Part shown: positions 47,512 to 58,444 of the stretch, one piece after another | Position numbering within the stretch: the stretch's first letter is position 1 | How the letters are laid out: each line of letters begins with the position of its first letter | DNA from: Candidatus Tenderia sp. | GTDB taxonomy: Bacteria > Pseudomonadota > Gammaproteobacteria > Tenderiales > Tenderiaceae | DNA length: 64,000 bases | Direction: 5' to 3' | Assembly: GCA_031416075.1 (NCBI GenBank) | Contig: JANOSY010000087.1 | Span: 1 to 64,000 of the forward strand | Translations under genes and position numbers: made by a program | Notes under the pieces: model-generated | The model's database searches: none | Told to the model about the DNA's origin: nothing | The model's input: only the letters and a program-made list of their open reading frames with translations

Positions 47512-49308
47512 GTGTTTAGATGGTTGCCGGTGATTGTTTGTAGTGGCTGTATGGTCTGGGGTGGTGTTTCTCAGGCGGTGGAGTTACGTACACAGACGCT
47601 TGTCTCGCTGAGTAACTCCCCAGCTGTTGTGGCAGCGCGCGATATGAACTGGAATTTCACCCCGGATCTGGTGGTGGCTAACGGGGCGAGCAATACGATC
47701 ACGGTGATCCCTGTCAGCGCCTTTTCAGGCATGGAGTCAGCTACCGATTATGCGGTGGACAGCGGGCCGGTTGCGGTGGCGCTGGCAGATTTTTCCGGTA
47801 ACGGTTATGTCGACATCGCGGTGGCGAATCAGCTGGCTGGCACGGTTTCTATCCTGAATAACCGGGCGGTGGCGGGGGTTGAGTTTAACTCTGCCACCAG
47901 CTACGCCGCCGGCAGTGGGCCGGTCGCCATTATGACTGGGCTGTTTAATGGTGACCTTTATAACGATCTTGTGGTGGTTAATCAGGCCAGCAACTCTGTC
48001 ACTGTGCTCATTAATAGCGGTACTGGCACCTTTCCAACAGCCGTCAGTTATGGGGTGGGTTTATCTCCACGGGCCGTCGTAGTGGCCGACTTTGATGGCA
48101 ATGGTTCTCTTGATTTGGCGGTTACTAATCAAGGGAGTAATAGTATTTCCCTGCTGTTGAATACGGGCAATGGCCTTTTTGCAGCGCCTTTAACCCATCT
48201 GTTAGGCAGTACGCCAGCGGCAATTGCCGTTCTGGATATGGATCGTAATGGGACGTTGGATCTTGCGATCACCCACGCCGCGACAGACTCGCTTTCGCTG
48301 TTGAGCAATAACGGCAGTGGTAGTTTTACGTTTGTGGCCTCCTATTCCATGGGTGGAAACCCAGGTGCGCTGCTGGCGATTGATCTGAATGGGGATGGTT
48401 ATGATGATCTGGTGGTGGCCAATACCGGCTCAGGGACGATATCGCTGCTGGAAAACAACCGTAAGGGTGCGTTTGTATTGGGGCAGATGGCGGCAGTGGG
48501 CACCACCCCGGTATCAATTGTGGCTGCCGATCTTGATGTGGATGGTGATAGTGATCTGGTCATTGCCAATGCGGGGTCCAGTAATCTGTCGCTGTTGATG
48601 AATGACACCGATTTTCGTCCGGCCCCCTTTCAGTTTGCCGATCAAACAGATATCCCTGTGGGCACAGTAGTTGTATCAAATGTGGTCACGCTCACCGGTA
48701 TGACAGGCTGGGGCAAGATAGTGATCAGCCAAGGAGAGTACTCAGTTTCAACAGACAGTGGTGCCACCTGGTCACCATGGTCGGCAGCCTATCCACTGGC
48801 GGCGACGGCAGGTGATCAGATCAAGCTGCGTGTGACCGCCTCTGCACAGGGATATACATCAGTGAATGTGGATCTGCGGATTGGTGGGGTATTGGATACA
48901 TTTACCGTGAGAACCTTTGGTGATTCGGTACCTGATCCCTTTCTTTTTGTAGATCAGACCGGGGTGGCGTTGGGTAGCACAGTGTTTTCTAACACCATTA
49001 CAGTGACTGGCATCGATATTGATACCTCAATTAGCATCGTTGGTGGCCTGTACAGTGTGAATGGTGAGGCGTTTACCACCGCTGTTGGTTTTGTGAAAAA
49101 CGGTGATACGGTGCAGCTACGTGCAACCGCTGCATCACTCAAAGGTGAGCCGGTGAATGTGGCACTCTACATAGGGGGGCTTTCCGACATCTTCACCATC
49201 ATAACAACGGCGGCCAATAGCTCAGGCGGTGGCGGAGGGGTGCTGGATCTGTGGCAACTACTGCTGCTTGTACCGTTGCTGCGGCGTGGCAGCTACCATC
49301 GTGCGTGA
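47512..49308 (+). CDS. Exported FG-GAP/VCBS beta-propeller protein with GlyGly-CTERM anchor
   Basis: About seven DxxGxGxxDLxVxN repeats, two PxPFxFxDQT beta-sandwich repeats, C-terminal SSGGGGG-hydrophobic-RR. Confidence 0.88.
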   Translation: MFRWLPVIVCSGCMVWGGVSQAVELRTQTLVSLSNSPAVVAARDMNWNFTPDLVVANGASNTITVIPVSAFSGMESATDYAVDSGPVAVALADFSGNGYVDIAVANQLAGTVSILNNRAVAGVEFNSATSYAAGSGPVAIMTGLFNGDLYNDLVVVNQASNSVTVLINSGTGTFPTAVSYGVGLSPRAVVVADFDGNGSLDLAVTNQGSNSISLLLNTGNGLFAAPLTHLLGSTPAAIAVLDMDRNGTLDLAITHAATDSLSLLSNNGSGSFTFVASYSMGGNPGALLAIDLNGDGYDDLVVANTGSGTISLLENNRKGAFVLGQMAAVGTTPVSIVAADLDVDGDSDLVIANAGSSNLSLLMNDTDFRPAPFQFADQTDIPVGTVVVSNVVTLTGMTGWGKIVISQGEYSVSTDSGATWSPWSAAYPLAATAGDQIKLRVTASAQGYTSVNVDLRIGGVLDTFTVRTFGDSVPDPFLFVDQTGVALGSTVFSNTITVTGIDIDTSISIVGGLYSVNGEAFTTAVGFVKNGDTVQLRATAASLKGEPVNVALYIGGLSDIFTIITTAANSSGGGGGVLDLWQLLLLVPLLRRGSYHRA

Positions 49309-49369
49309 TACGCCCTGAGTTCTGTCATCGGGTGTCTGAAGGCTCCGCAGCGAATATTCAGCGCTGTTT

Positions 49370-49750
49370 TTAGTGAAGACTTCCCGGTACGGCCAGTCCA
49401 AAAGGGGCGATTCTGGCGGTAAATAGCTCGCCGGATGGGCTCAACATATCGTAGTGACCCTGCATGGCCCCCACTGGCGTTTCCAGCATCACCCCGCTGC
49501 TATATTCAAAACTGTCACCCGGATTGAAATGGGGCTGTTCACCAATCACCCCCTCGCCGTGTACCTCATCCACCTTGCCGTTGGCGTCGGTAATGTGCCA
49601 GTGGCGGTGGGTGAGTTTAGCTGGCGTGGTACCGGTGTTGCGGATGGTGATGGTATAACCAAACACATAACGATTACTCTCTGGCTCGGACTGCTCCGGT
49701 AGATAGTAAGCGCTGGTTTCGATCTGGATCTGTTTGTTATTGTCTGACAT
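49370..49750 (-). CDS. apaG: ApaG (CorD) protein
   Basis: YVFGYTITIRN, RHWHITD, GEGVIGEQP, YSSG..LETPVGAMQG. Confidence 0.95.
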   Translation of the reverse strand: MSDNNKQIQIETSAYYLPEQSEPESNRYVFGYTITIRNTGTTPAKLTHRHWHITDANGKVDEVHGEGVIGEQPHFNPGDSFEYSSGVMLETPVGAMQGHYDMLSPSGELFTARIAPFGLAVPGSLH

Positions 49751-49877
49751 AGTACCAATTATACTTAATCTATAAAGATTCCCATAATATTATTTATAAA
49801 GAGTTCTTTGTTGCTGATCACTCATGGTGATGTGGTGTGTCATGCTGATCAGATCACCGTTATTGAGGAGAAGTTCA

Positions 49878-50225
49878 ATGAGTGTACTGATTTATCACAA
49901 TCCACGCTGCTCAAAATCGCGAGAGACTCTGCAACTGCTCAGGGAGCAGGGGATAGAGCCGGAGGTGGTAGAGTATCTGAAGGTGTCGCCCAGCAAACCC
50001 CAGCTTGAACAGCTGCTCAAGATGTTGGGGCTGCAGCCCCGCGAGTTGATGCGTCAAACAGAGTCGCTGTATGGGACGTTGGGGCTGGATGATTCATCGC
50101 TGAGCCGTGAACAGCTGTTGGATGCCATGGTCGCCCATCCTATTCTGATGGAGCGCCCTGTTGTGGTGAGTGGTGGTAAGGCGGTGATCGGTCGTCCACC
50201 GCAGCAGGTATTGGATATTTTGTAA
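49878..50225 (+). CDS. arsC: Arsenate reductase (glutaredoxin-dependent) family
   Basis: IYHNPRCSKSRETL, HPILMERPVV, IGRPP. Confidence 0.9.
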   Translation: MSVLIYHNPRCSKSRETLQLLREQGIEPEVVEYLKVSPSKPQLEQLLKMLGLQPRELMRQTESLYGTLGLDDSSLSREQLLDAMVAHPILMERPVVVSGGKAVIGRPPQQVLDIL

Positions 50226-50336
50226 AACAGCACTGACAGTATTGGTATTATGGTGAATACGGGGGCGGCTTTTTGTACGGCTCTCGCAACGGTGTGGATG
50301 CCCGCTTAATCCATTTTTACGGGAGTTGATGGGACG

Positions 50337-51329
50337 ATGAGTACAGTAATCACGCCACCTTACGAAGCACTGGGGCCAGACCTCATCCTTGATGCGGTTG
50401 AGTCGCAAGGGTGGCACTGCAACGGTCGTTTTCTCGCCCTTAATAGTTACGAAAACCGCGTCTATCAAATCGGCATTGAAGATGCCCCGGCGCTGGTGGC
50501 CAAATTTTATCGCCCCGAACGCTGGAGCGACGCCGCCATTCTGGAGGAGCACGCCTTTGCCGCCGAGCTGGTAGAGCAGGAGATCCCGGTGATAGCTCCG
50601 CTGGTTAATGGGCAGGGAGAGACCCTGCACCACTTCAAGGGGTTTCGTTTTGCCCTGTTTCGCAGTGCCGGTGGCCGCCATCCTGAGCTGGATCGTGATG
50701 AGCACCTGGAGTGGGTAGGGCGTTACCTGGGGCGTATTCACGGGGTCGGCAGACGCCATCAATTTAAACATCGTCAACGGCTGGATGTTGAGAGCATGGC
50801 GGTGGGCTCCTACCAATTTCTGTTGGAGCAGGGGTTTGTGCCGCAGGAGTTGATGCTCGCCTACCGCACCATTGCTGAAGATGTGGTGAAGTCAGTCAAG
50901 TACCGTTTTGAGATGGTGGGGCCATTGCGTACCTTGCGGTTGCATGGCGACTGCCACGCCGGCAACGTGCTCTGGACCGACGACGGACCGGCTATTGTTG
51001 ATCTGGATGACTGCCTGACCGGCCCGGTGGTGCAGGATCTCTGGATGCTGTTGGCCGGTGATCGTGACGAGATGGAGCATCAGTTAAGCGTACTGATGCG
51101 TGGTTACGAGCAGTTTTTTGAGTTTGACCCGATGGAGCTGCTGCTAGTCGAAGCGTTGCGGACCATGCGCATGATGCACTACTCCGCCTGGCTGGCGCGG
51201 CGCTGGCACGACCCGGCGTTTACCACCGCGTTCCCCTGGTTCAATACCCCGCGTTACTGGGAGAATCAGATACTGGCGCTGCGTGAACAGCTGGCGGCGC
51301 TTGATGAACCGGCGCTGCGGTTGCGCTAA
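50337..51329 (+). CDS. srkA: Stress response kinase A (YihE/RdoA)
   Basis: LNSYENRVY, KFYRPERWS, RLHGDCHAGNVLW, VDLDD, WLARRWHDPAF. Confidence 0.95.
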   Translation: MSTVITPPYEALGPDLILDAVESQGWHCNGRFLALNSYENRVYQIGIEDAPALVAKFYRPERWSDAAILEEHAFAAELVEQEIPVIAPLVNGQGETLHHFKGFRFALFRSAGGRHPELDRDEHLEWVGRYLGRIHGVGRRHQFKHRQRLDVESMAVGSYQFLLEQGFVPQELMLAYRTIAEDVVKSVKYRFEMVGPLRTLRLHGDCHAGNVLWTDDGPAIVDLDDCLTGPVVQDLWMLLAGDRDEMEHQLSVLMRGYEQFFEFDPMELLLVEALRTMRMMHYSAWLARRWHDPAFTTAFPWFNTPRYWENQILALREQLAALDEPALRLR

Positions 51330-51436
51330 CCTGTTGCGGCAGGGCGGTGGCCACCCCCTTTCAGAAAAGTCCCCCTCTGCTTCGCTGTTAGAACCGCCGC
51401 TGTTACAATTAAGATAATTTAATGGTGGAGACTCTT

Positions 51437-51733
51437 ATGGATCAGACAACTTCGACTGCTGCCGTCAAGGTGGAGCTGTATACCAGCAACTACTGTGGTT
51501 ATTGTGTTCGTGCCAAGGCGCTGCTTGAGCGCAAAGGGGTCTCCTACATCGAATACTATATTGATGAGCAGCCCGAGCGGGTGCCAGAGATGGTTGAGCG
51601 TGCCGAGGGCGCGCGCAGTGTGCCGCAGATATTTATTGCCGACCGCCACATTGGCGGGTGTGATGAACTCTATCAACTGGAGCGGCGTGGTGTACTGGAT
51701 GGACTGCTAGGGTTGGGTGATCAACAGCCGTAG
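51437..51733 (+). CDS. grxC: Glutaredoxin 3
   Basis: CGYC, SVPQIFI, HIGGCDEL. Confidence 0.92.
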   Translation: MDQTTSTAAVKVELYTSNYCGYCVRAKALLERKGVSYIEYYIDEQPERVPEMVERAEGARSVPQIFIADRHIGGCDELYQLERRGVLDGLLGLGDQQP

Positions 51734-51787
51734 TTAAATTGACCGTAGTTAAATTGACCCTAGTTAAATTGACCCTAGTTAAATTGA
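51728..51787. repeat. 15-bp tandem repeat x4 (CCSTAGTTAAATTGA)
   Basis: Two CCG- then two CCC-starting units, no spacers; overlaps the grxC stop codon. Confidence 0.95.
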
Positions 51788-51854
51788 ATAGATCCGTGCT
51801 GCGCCCCGTTCTGTCAGGCGCTGTTTTCTGGCCAGTGGCCATCTGGAGAGAGTC

Positions 51855-53054
51855 ATGAAGATTGGTACCCCTTTATCAAACAGCGCCACACGAGTGATGC
51901 TGTTGGGCAGTGGCGAACTAGGCAAAGAGGTGATCATTGCCCTGCAGCGGCTGGGGGTCGAGGTGATTGCCGTTGACCGTTACCCCAACGCCCCCGGCCA
52001 TCAGGTGGCCCACCGTGCTCACGTGATTGATATGACCGATGGCGCGGCGTTGCGGCGGCTGGTGGAGCAGGAGCGGCCGCACCTGATTGTGCCGGAGATT
52101 GAGGCGATTGCCACCGATATGCTGGCCGAGATTGAGCGTGATGGCTTGGCGGAAGTGATCCCCACCGCCCGCGCCACCCAGCTCACCATGGATCGTGAAG
52201 GGATTCGACGGCTGGCGGCCGAGACCCTGGCGCTGCCCACCTCCGGTTATGCCTTTGCCAGCAGTCTGAACGAACTGAAGATGGCGATTGATGGTGGTGT
52301 TGGTTACCCCTGTCTGGTTAAACCGGTAATGTCCTCCTCCGGCAAGGGGCAATCCTTCATCAAAACGGCTGACGAAGTGGCGGCCGCCTGGGAGTGCGCC
52401 ATGAGTGCCGGGCGGGTGAAGGGAGGGCGAGTGATCGTTGAGGCGTTTATCGACTTCGATTTTGAGATCACCCTGTTGACCGTTCGTGCCATGGGTGAAG
52501 ATGGCGCGATAGAGACCCACTTTTGTGACCCCGTCGGCCACCTGCAGGTGAAGGGGGATTATGTGGAGAGCTGGCAGCCGCAGGGTATGACCCCGCTGGC
52601 GCTGGAGCGGTCACAGGCGATTGCCAAGGCGGTGACCGACAATCTGGGTGGGCGTGGCCTCTTTGGTGTGGAGCTTTTTGTGAAGGGCGATCAGGTCTGG
52701 TTCAGCGAGGTCAGTCCGCGCCCCCACGATACCGGCATGGTGACCATGGTCACCCAATATCAAAATGAGTTTGCCCTGCACGCCCGTGCCATATTGGGAT
52801 TGCCGGTGGATACACGGTTGCGATCCGTGGGCGCCAGCGCCGTGATCTATGGTGGTCTGGACCAGGTGGGCATCGCCTTTGAGGGGGTGGCGCAGGCGTT
52901 GCGTGTGCCCGAGAGTGAGGTGCGGCTGTTTGGCAAACCTGAATCGTTTGAGCGTCGCCGCATGGGTGTAGCGTTGGCCTCGGCCAGCAGTGTCAGTGAG
53001 GCGCGCAGTCGCGCCAAAACAGTTGCCGGCCTGGTGAAACCGGCCGCTGAATAA
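51855..53054 (+). CDS. purT: Formate-dependent phosphoribosylglycinamide formyltransferase
   Basis: [49 protein letters not shown]. Confidence 0.97.
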   Translation: MKIGTPLSNSATRVMLLGSGELGKEVIIALQRLGVEVIAVDRYPNAPGHQVAHRAHVIDMTDGAALRRLVEQERPHLIVPEIEAIATDMLAEIERDGLAEVIPTARATQLTMDREGIRRLAAETLALPTSGYAFASSLNELKMAIDGGVGYPCLVKPVMSSSGKGQSFIKTADEVAAAWECAMSAGRVKGGRVIVEAFIDFDFEITLLTVRAMGEDGAIETHFCDPVGHLQVKGDYVESWQPQGMTPLALERSQAIAKAVTDNLGGRGLFGVELFVKGDQVWFSEVSPRPHDTGMVTMVTQYQNEFALHARAILGLPVDTRLRSVGASAVIYGGLDQVGIAFEGVAQALRVPESEVRLFGKPESFERRRMGVALASASSVSEARSRAKTVAGLVKPAAE

Positions 53055-53136
53055 GGGGTCAAAGATTCCGGCCAGTGGCCGATACCCAACAAGTGAATGA
53101 CAAATGGAGTTGGCATCTGGCTCAGGAGAAACAGTT

Positions 53137-54000
53137 ATGCCCATCGAAGCACGTGAACTTGTAAAAGGGGTTGGCAAGCTCGCCTCATTGCCCGAAGTGT
53201 GTGTCCGAGTGAATGAAATGGTCGATGATCCACGCTCATCGGCGGCGGCGATTGGCAAGGTGATCAGCCGTGATACGGCGCTTACCGCGCAGCTGCTGCG
53301 GTTGGCCAATAGTTCGTTTTATAACTTTCCATCCAATATCAGTACCATCTCGCGTGCGATCATGATTATTGGTGAGCGTGAGTTGCGCTATCTGGTGCTG
53401 GCACTCTCGGCGGTACGTACGTTTACCAATATTCCGGTTGAGCTGACCAATATGGCGGTCTTTTGGCGTCACAACGTCTATTGCGCGGTACTGGCGCGGT
53501 TGATTGCTAACCGCTGCCATGTGCTGCACAGCGAACGGCTGTTTGTAGCAGGGATGCTGCACGATATTGGCCAGCTGGTCATGATGAGTCGAGTCCCCGA
53601 TCTGGCGCGTCTTGCGTTACAGCGTGCCAGCGATGGCCATGAGACGCTGCACGAGGCTGAGCAGGAGGTGATCGGGTGTGACCACGCTGAGGTTGGCAGG
53701 GTGCTGCTGGAACAGTGGAAACTGCCACTGGTACTGTGTGAAACGGTGGGGTGTCACCATAACATCGCGGCGGCGGATGAGGCGCGGCTGGATGCGGCGA
53801 TTGTGCATCTTGCTACAGTGATTGCCAGTCGTGCGGAGCTGCCTGCTGATTATGATGGCCCGTTGCCACAGGTCGACCCGCTGGCGTGGGAGCTGACGGC
53901 GCTGGATGAGTCGGTGCTGGAGGCCATTGTAGAAGAGGCGGCACCGATGTTTGCAGAGTCGTGGGCGATGATTCAACCGCTGGTGCGCCACGCCAAGTGA
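53137..54000 (+). CDS. HDOD-domain protein
   Basis: LASLPEV, DTALTAQLLRLANSSFY, FWRH, AGMLHDIGQL, DHAEVG..WKLP. Confidence 0.93.
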   Translation: MPIEARELVKGVGKLASLPEVCVRVNEMVDDPRSSAAAIGKVISRDTALTAQLLRLANSSFYNFPSNISTISRAIMIIGERELRYLVLALSAVRTFTNIPVELTNMAVFWRHNVYCAVLARLIANRCHVLHSERLFVAGMLHDIGQLVMMSRVPDLARLALQRASDGHETLHEAEQEVIGCDHAEVGRVLLEQWKLPLVLCETVGCHHNIAAADEARLDAAIVHLATVIASRAELPADYDGPLPQVDPLAWELTALDESVLEAIVEEAAPMFAESWAMIQPLVRHAK

Positions 54001-54024
54001 GTGGTTGAGTAGTGAGATAAATAT

Positions 54025-54053
54025 AAAAGGCCGGGATTGTCCCGGCCTTTTTT
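54025..54053. terminator. Bidirectional intrinsic terminator
   Basis: AAAAGGCCGGGA-TTG-TCCCGGCCTTTTTT between convergent genes. Confidence 0.9.
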
Positions 54054-54075
54054 ATTGCCCGTTGCACATTAACTG

Positions 54076-55032
54076 CTATGCCGGGATATCTTCAAACAGG
54101 ATGGAGGAGAGGTAACGCTCCCCTGAGTCGGGCAGGATGACCACGATGATTTTGCCAGCAAAGGCGGGATCATTGGCGAGCCGTTTGGCGGCGACCATGG
54201 CGGCCCCGCTGGAGATGCCACAGAGAATGCCCTCTTCGGCGGCCAGGCGGCGTGCCATCTCAATCGCCTCGTCATTATTGATCCGTTCAACACGGTCGAT
54301 CAGCTCCAGGTCCAGGTTGCCGGGGATAAAACCGGCACCAATGCCCTGAATTTTATGGGGTGATGGTTTAACTGCTTCACCGGCCATGGTTTGAGTGATC
54401 ACCGGGCTGGCCTCAGGCTCCACCGCCACGGCGGTGATGGCCCTGCCTTTGCTCTTTTTGAGGTAGCGCGAGACACCGGTAATGGTACCCCCTGTCCCCA
54501 CCCCGGCGATGATGACATCCACCTGGCCATCGGTATCGTTCCAGATCTCAGGCCCGGTGGTGGTCTCATGAATGGCCGGGTTGGCGGGATTGTTGAACTG
54601 CTGCGGCATAAAGTAGTGATTCGGGTCTTGCGCCCGTAGCTCTTCAGCCTTGGCAATGGCACCAGGCATCCCCTTGGCCCCTTCGGTCAGTAGCAGGTTG
54701 GCCCCCAGCGCCTTCATCACTTTGCGTCGTTCGATGCTCATGGTTTCGGGCATGGTCAGGGTGATGGCGTAGCCCCGTGCGGCGGCAACAAAGGCCAGGG
54801 CAATGCCGGTATTGCCGCTGGTGGGCTCCACAATATGCATACCAGCCTTAAGCGCGCCGCGCTTTTCTGCATCCCAGATCATGGCCGCGCCGATGCGGCA
54901 TTTTACCGAGTAGGCAGGATTGCGCCCCTCTATTTTGGCGAGTACTGTGGCGGTGGTGGTGCCGAGCACTCGATTAATACGGATTAACGGGGTATTGCCG
55001 ATAGAGTCTGTGTTGTCCTTGAAATAGTTCAT
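54076..55032 (-). CDS. cysK: Cysteine synthase A
   Basis: [47 protein letters not shown]. Confidence 0.97.
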   Translation of the reverse strand: MNYFKDNTDSIGNTPLIRINRVLGTTTATVLAKIEGRNPAYSVKCRIGAAMIWDAEKRGALKAGMHIVEPTSGNTGIALAFVAAARGYAITLTMPETMSIERRKVMKALGANLLLTEGAKGMPGAIAKAEELRAQDPNHYFMPQQFNNPANPAIHETTTGPEIWNDTDGQVDVIIAGVGTGGTITGVSRYLKKSKGRAITAVAVEPEASPVITQTMAGEAVKPSPHKIQGIGAGFIPGNLDLELIDRVERINNDEAIEMARRLAAEEGILCGISSGAAMVAAKRLANDPAFAGKIIVVILPDSGERYLSSILFEDIPA

Positions 55033-55128
55033 TGGCGCTGCTCTCCCTGGTAGTGTGAATGTGGCGTAGTGCAGGGCAGCTTAACGCAGCAGTTTGTGAA
55101 AGACCATAGTTCTGAGAGGATGTTCTAA

Positions 55129-55854
55129 ATGAGACGAGTATTGGCAGCAATGCTACTGAGTGGCTGGTGGGGCGCGGGTATGGCCGCCAGTGTGGAGGGT
55201 GTTAACACCTTATCGCAAAGTGAATTTGAGCTGATTACCCAGGATCTGGCCGCGGCTTTCAGTTACAAGGCGGGGGCGTCATCCGCGCCGCTGGGGACAA
55301 CCGGTTTTGATCTGGGGGTCTCGATGGTGGTGACAGAGATCATTCCTGAACACGAGGCCGCCTGGAAGAAGGCGATGAGTGGTGAGTCGCTTAAGGTGTT
55401 GGCGGTGCCCAAGCTTTACCTGCAAAAAGGGCTGCCGTTTGATGTGGATTTGGGGGCCTATTATCTGTCGTTGCCAGGTTCCAATCTGCAGGCGTGGGGG
55501 GGGGAGATTAAATACGCGATCCTTGATGGTGGCATCTCGATCCCTGCGGTGGCGATACGGCTGGCGGCAACCTCACTGTTTGGTGTGGAGCAGTTTACCC
55601 TTAATACCCGCTCTGTTGATGTTGGCATCTCCAAACGGTTTCTGTTTCTGACCCCATATGCGGGTATTGGCCGTGTCTGGTCCGTGAACACCCCCATGGG
55701 GAATGCAGAAGGGGTGCTGGATAAGGTGGATCTGGTGGAGGACCGGACTTTTGTCGGGCTCTCTTTCACCCCTGGCGGCTTGCAGGTGGCGCTGGAGCGT
55801 GACACGGTGGGCGAGGTTATCTCTTACAATCTTAAGTTGGGGCTTGGATTTTAA
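55129..55854 (+). CDS. Probable outer-membrane beta-barrel protein
   Basis: Signal peptide, amphipathic strands, C-terminal YNLKLGLGF beta-signal. Confidence 0.65.
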   Translation: MRRVLAAMLLSGWWGAGMAASVEGVNTLSQSEFELITQDLAAAFSYKAGASSAPLGTTGFDLGVSMVVTEIIPEHEAAWKKAMSGESLKVLAVPKLYLQKGLPFDVDLGAYYLSLPGSNLQAWGGEIKYAILDGGISIPAVAIRLAATSLFGVEQFTLNTRSVDVGISKRFLFLTPYAGIGRVWSVNTPMGNAEGVLDKVDLVEDRTFVGLSFTPGGLQVALERDTVGEVISYNLKLGLGF

Positions 55855-55867
55855 AGATCCTTGGGTT

Positions 55868-56518
55868 TTAAAGATCGTAGTGTCTGCCAAAATAGAGCCT
55901 TCCGCCCCGCTGATGTCGCTGTTCTGATTCAAAGCCGATGTAGCCACCGTCACCCAAGTCAATCTTGAGTCCGGCGCAGTAACCGTTGCGCTGGTCGTTG
56001 TTAAAGTCACGCTGTGAGGGGTTGCTGCTGTTGACTGTCTGACTGCCGCTGATGTAGGTGACGACTGTGCAACCGTAGAGCGTTGCCCGGGGGCTGAGAT
56101 GCAGCGCCAGCCAGCCGCGTGCCTCGCTCTGGTGCCAGTCAATATCCATCTGCTGCAGGTCGAACTGTTGATCGGCAGTGTAGTAACGGTAACCCGCATC
56201 GGCACCGATCTGTAGTGAGTGCCAACGTGGTGAGGAGAGTGTCAGGTTAAGACCGGCGCTGTAACCGTCGGTTTGAAAGCCGAGCGCGGCGGGGTCACCG
56301 TCGTGGCGCACCCCGATACGTCCTAAAACCAGCTCCAGCCGCACCGGCAGTGTTGTAGCTTCACTGTAGCGGATCCCCAGGCCATCAATGTTAAGGCTGC
56401 TGCCATCACTGAGCGGCACGGTATGGTGGTTAAACTCCAGCGCCAGCGCCCCAATCTCGCCAGCGGTTAAGGTTGCGCCCTGAAGCCCAAACAGAAGTGC
56501 AGTGATTATCCGTTTCAT
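55868..56518 (-). CDS. Exported hypothetical protein, probable beta-barrel
   Basis: Signal peptide MKRIITALLFG, Gly/aromatic alternating strands; overlaps the stop of the AEC gene. Confidence 0.6.
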   Translation of the reverse strand: MKRIITALLFGLQGATLTAGEIGALALEFNHHTVPLSDGSSLNIDGLGIRYSEATTLPVRLELVLGRIGVRHDGDPAALGFQTDGYSAGLNLTLSSPRWHSLQIGADAGYRYYTADQQFDLQQMDIDWHQSEARGWLALHLSPRATLYGCTVVTYISGSQTVNSSNPSQRDFNNDQRNGYCAGLKIDLGDGGYIGFESEQRHQRGGRLYFGRHYDL

Positions 56519-57432
56519 CCACCAAGCCAACCGTGCCAAAGGGGTAGTGTTACCAATGTGAGCGCCGTACTTAAGGTGACGGCGATGACATAGAGTTCGG
56601 TATTAAGTCCGTAACGGTCGCACAGTACCAGTCCGATGACAACACTGGGCATGGCGGCCTCCATCGTCACCCCCATTAATAGCTCGCCACTCAGTCCCAG
56701 CCACTGTGCCACGGACATGACAATCAGCGGCATGACCATCAACTGCAACAGCAGCGTGGGTAGCAGCAGGGGCAGATAACGCAGCTCCCAGCTCGACCAC
56801 TTCAGCGCCATGCCCAGTGAGATCAGCATCAGTGGAATCACGCCATTGCCGAGCATCTGCAGCCAGCCCTCCACCGCCTGAGGCATGGGTACGCCGGATA
56901 GGTTAAGGGTGATCGCCAGCAGCGCCGCCCAGAGTGGTGGCACCTTGAGCAAGGTTTTGAGCGGATGGGCTTGCCCCTGGTGATCACCGTAGGCGGCGGC
57001 CAGCAGAATGCCCAGCGTCAGCAGAATCGGGGTGCAGGCAAACAGGTCGTATTGCAGTGCAATGCTGCGCCCGGTGGGGCCAAGCAGCTGCTCCAGTACC
57101 GGTAACCCCATGTAGGTGGCGTTGGGAAAACAGCCCGCCAGGATCAACGCCCCGGCACTGGCGCGGGCGGTCCCGGTAAGACGAAATAGCCCCCACGCCA
57201 ATGCCAGGGTACCCAGTATGCCGGCGGCGGCCGCCAGGGCAATCCGTCCACTGTCCATTCCCAGGGGTGTGCGCCACAAAACAGCCAGCACCAGCGCCGG
57301 TAGCAGCAGCGAGTAGACCAGCCCGGTCAATACCTGCCGTGCCACATCGGCATCAATGCCCATGGGGCGCGCCGCGCGCCATAGGGTGCCACAGAGGATG
57401 AGCGCGGCCATCTGAATTAGAACCTGAAACAT
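56515..57432 (-). CDS. AEC (auxin efflux carrier) family transporter
   Basis: 10 TM, FPNATYMGLP, VPPLWA, IPLMLISLG, EAAMPS. Confidence 0.9.
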   Translation of the reverse strand: MFQVLIQMAALILCGTLWRAARPMGIDADVARQVLTGLVYSLLLPALVLAVLWRTPLGMDSGRIALAAAAGILGTLALAWGLFRLTGTARASAGALILAGCFPNATYMGLPVLEQLLGPTGRSIALQYDLFACTPILLTLGILLAAAYGDHQGQAHPLKTLLKVPPLWAALLAITLNLSGVPMPQAVEGWLQMLGNGVIPLMLISLGMALKWSSWELRYLPLLLPTLLLQLMVMPLIVMSVAQWLGLSGELLMGVTMEAAMPSVVIGLVLCDRYGLNTELYVIAVTLSTALTLVTLPLWHGWLGG

Positions 57433-57560
57433 GGGATTGCCTGTGTGGAGCGGGTTAGTACGGTTGCGGGAACGGCGCGATTGTAACTGATTGCCATGTA
57501 TGAAGTGAGGGATTGGCCCGGTCAGCGCCCAGCCTCCGGGGCGGGGGTGGTCAGGTCTGG

Positions 57561-58262
57561 TCAGGTCTGGGTGGTACGGGTGGTACGGGTGGGTACGTGC
57601 TGCAGATAGTGGTGCAGCTGCTCGGCATTAAGCTGAAAAGCAATGTGGCCATCGGCGCTGAGTTCAAGGTCGTCGATGATAGCCATCTGTTTGAAGCTCG
57701 TCAGTACATTGGTGATCTCGTGCCGTTTCAGCTCGCTGTCGGCCATGATGGCGTAAAACTCGTGGTGTTGCATGCCGGTATCATCAACCGGGCGCTCTAA
57801 TATATAGGTGCCCAGCTGAACCATGTGCAGGGAGTTGTTGAGGATTGAAAACCGGGTGTTGGCGGAGTCGAGTTTGAGTGAGAGTGATTTGAACAGCCGC
57901 AGGCTCAGATCCGGAAACCGTTGCAGGGCACCGATAAAGTCATCATTTTTCAGTGCCATCAGCGTTAACGGGGTTTTGGCCATGACGCTGCCAGAGCGGC
58001 GCAGATCAAGGAACAGCCCCATCTCACCAAACACTGATCCCTGCTGCGCGGTGGCAATGACAGAACCATTGCCATAGGCGTCGTTTTTGATGATGTCAGC
58101 TTCGCCACTGAGGATGATATAGACCTGCTGGCAGGCGTCCCCTTCGTGGAAGATCATCTCCCCCGCCTCAAATGAGACCCGTTCACCAAAATCCATCAGA
58201 TAACGGATAGTGGTGAGACGCAAGGTGCTTGAAATGGAGCTTTGCGAATCGTAGATGTTCAT
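57561..58262 (-). CDS. Cyclic nucleotide-binding domain protein (Crp/Fnr-like, divergent C-terminus)
   Basis: IFHEGD..VYIILSG, GSVFGEMGLF..RRSGSV. Confidence 0.85.
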   Translation of the reverse strand: MNIYDSQSSISSTLRLTTIRYLMDFGERVSFEAGEMIFHEGDACQQVYIILSGEADIIKNDAYGNGSVIATAQQGSVFGEMGLFLDLRRSGSVMAKTPLTLMALKNDDFIGALQRFPDLSLRLFKSLSLKLDSANTRFSILNNSLHMVQLGTYILERPVDDTGMQHHEFYAIMADSELKRHEITNVLTSFKQMAIIDDLELSADGHIAFQLNAEQLHHYLQHVPTRTTRTTQT

Positions 58263-58444
58263 GAGCGGTCTCAATGACGGGTATACCTCAACTATCACGG
58301 CCTAAATGGCTGGGGCTTGAGGCCAACAGGGTCTGTTGTGTATTGAAGTCACGTTTATAGTCGGTTATAACGGACTGATTTTTTTAGATTGGTCAGTCTG
58401 CTTTGGGTGAGAAAGAGTGCACCCTGATAATCCTGGGAGTTGTT

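Noticed and set aside
51728-51787. Possible mini-CRISPR array
   Set aside because: Units are contiguous 15-mers with no spacers, and no cas genes were seen in the window.
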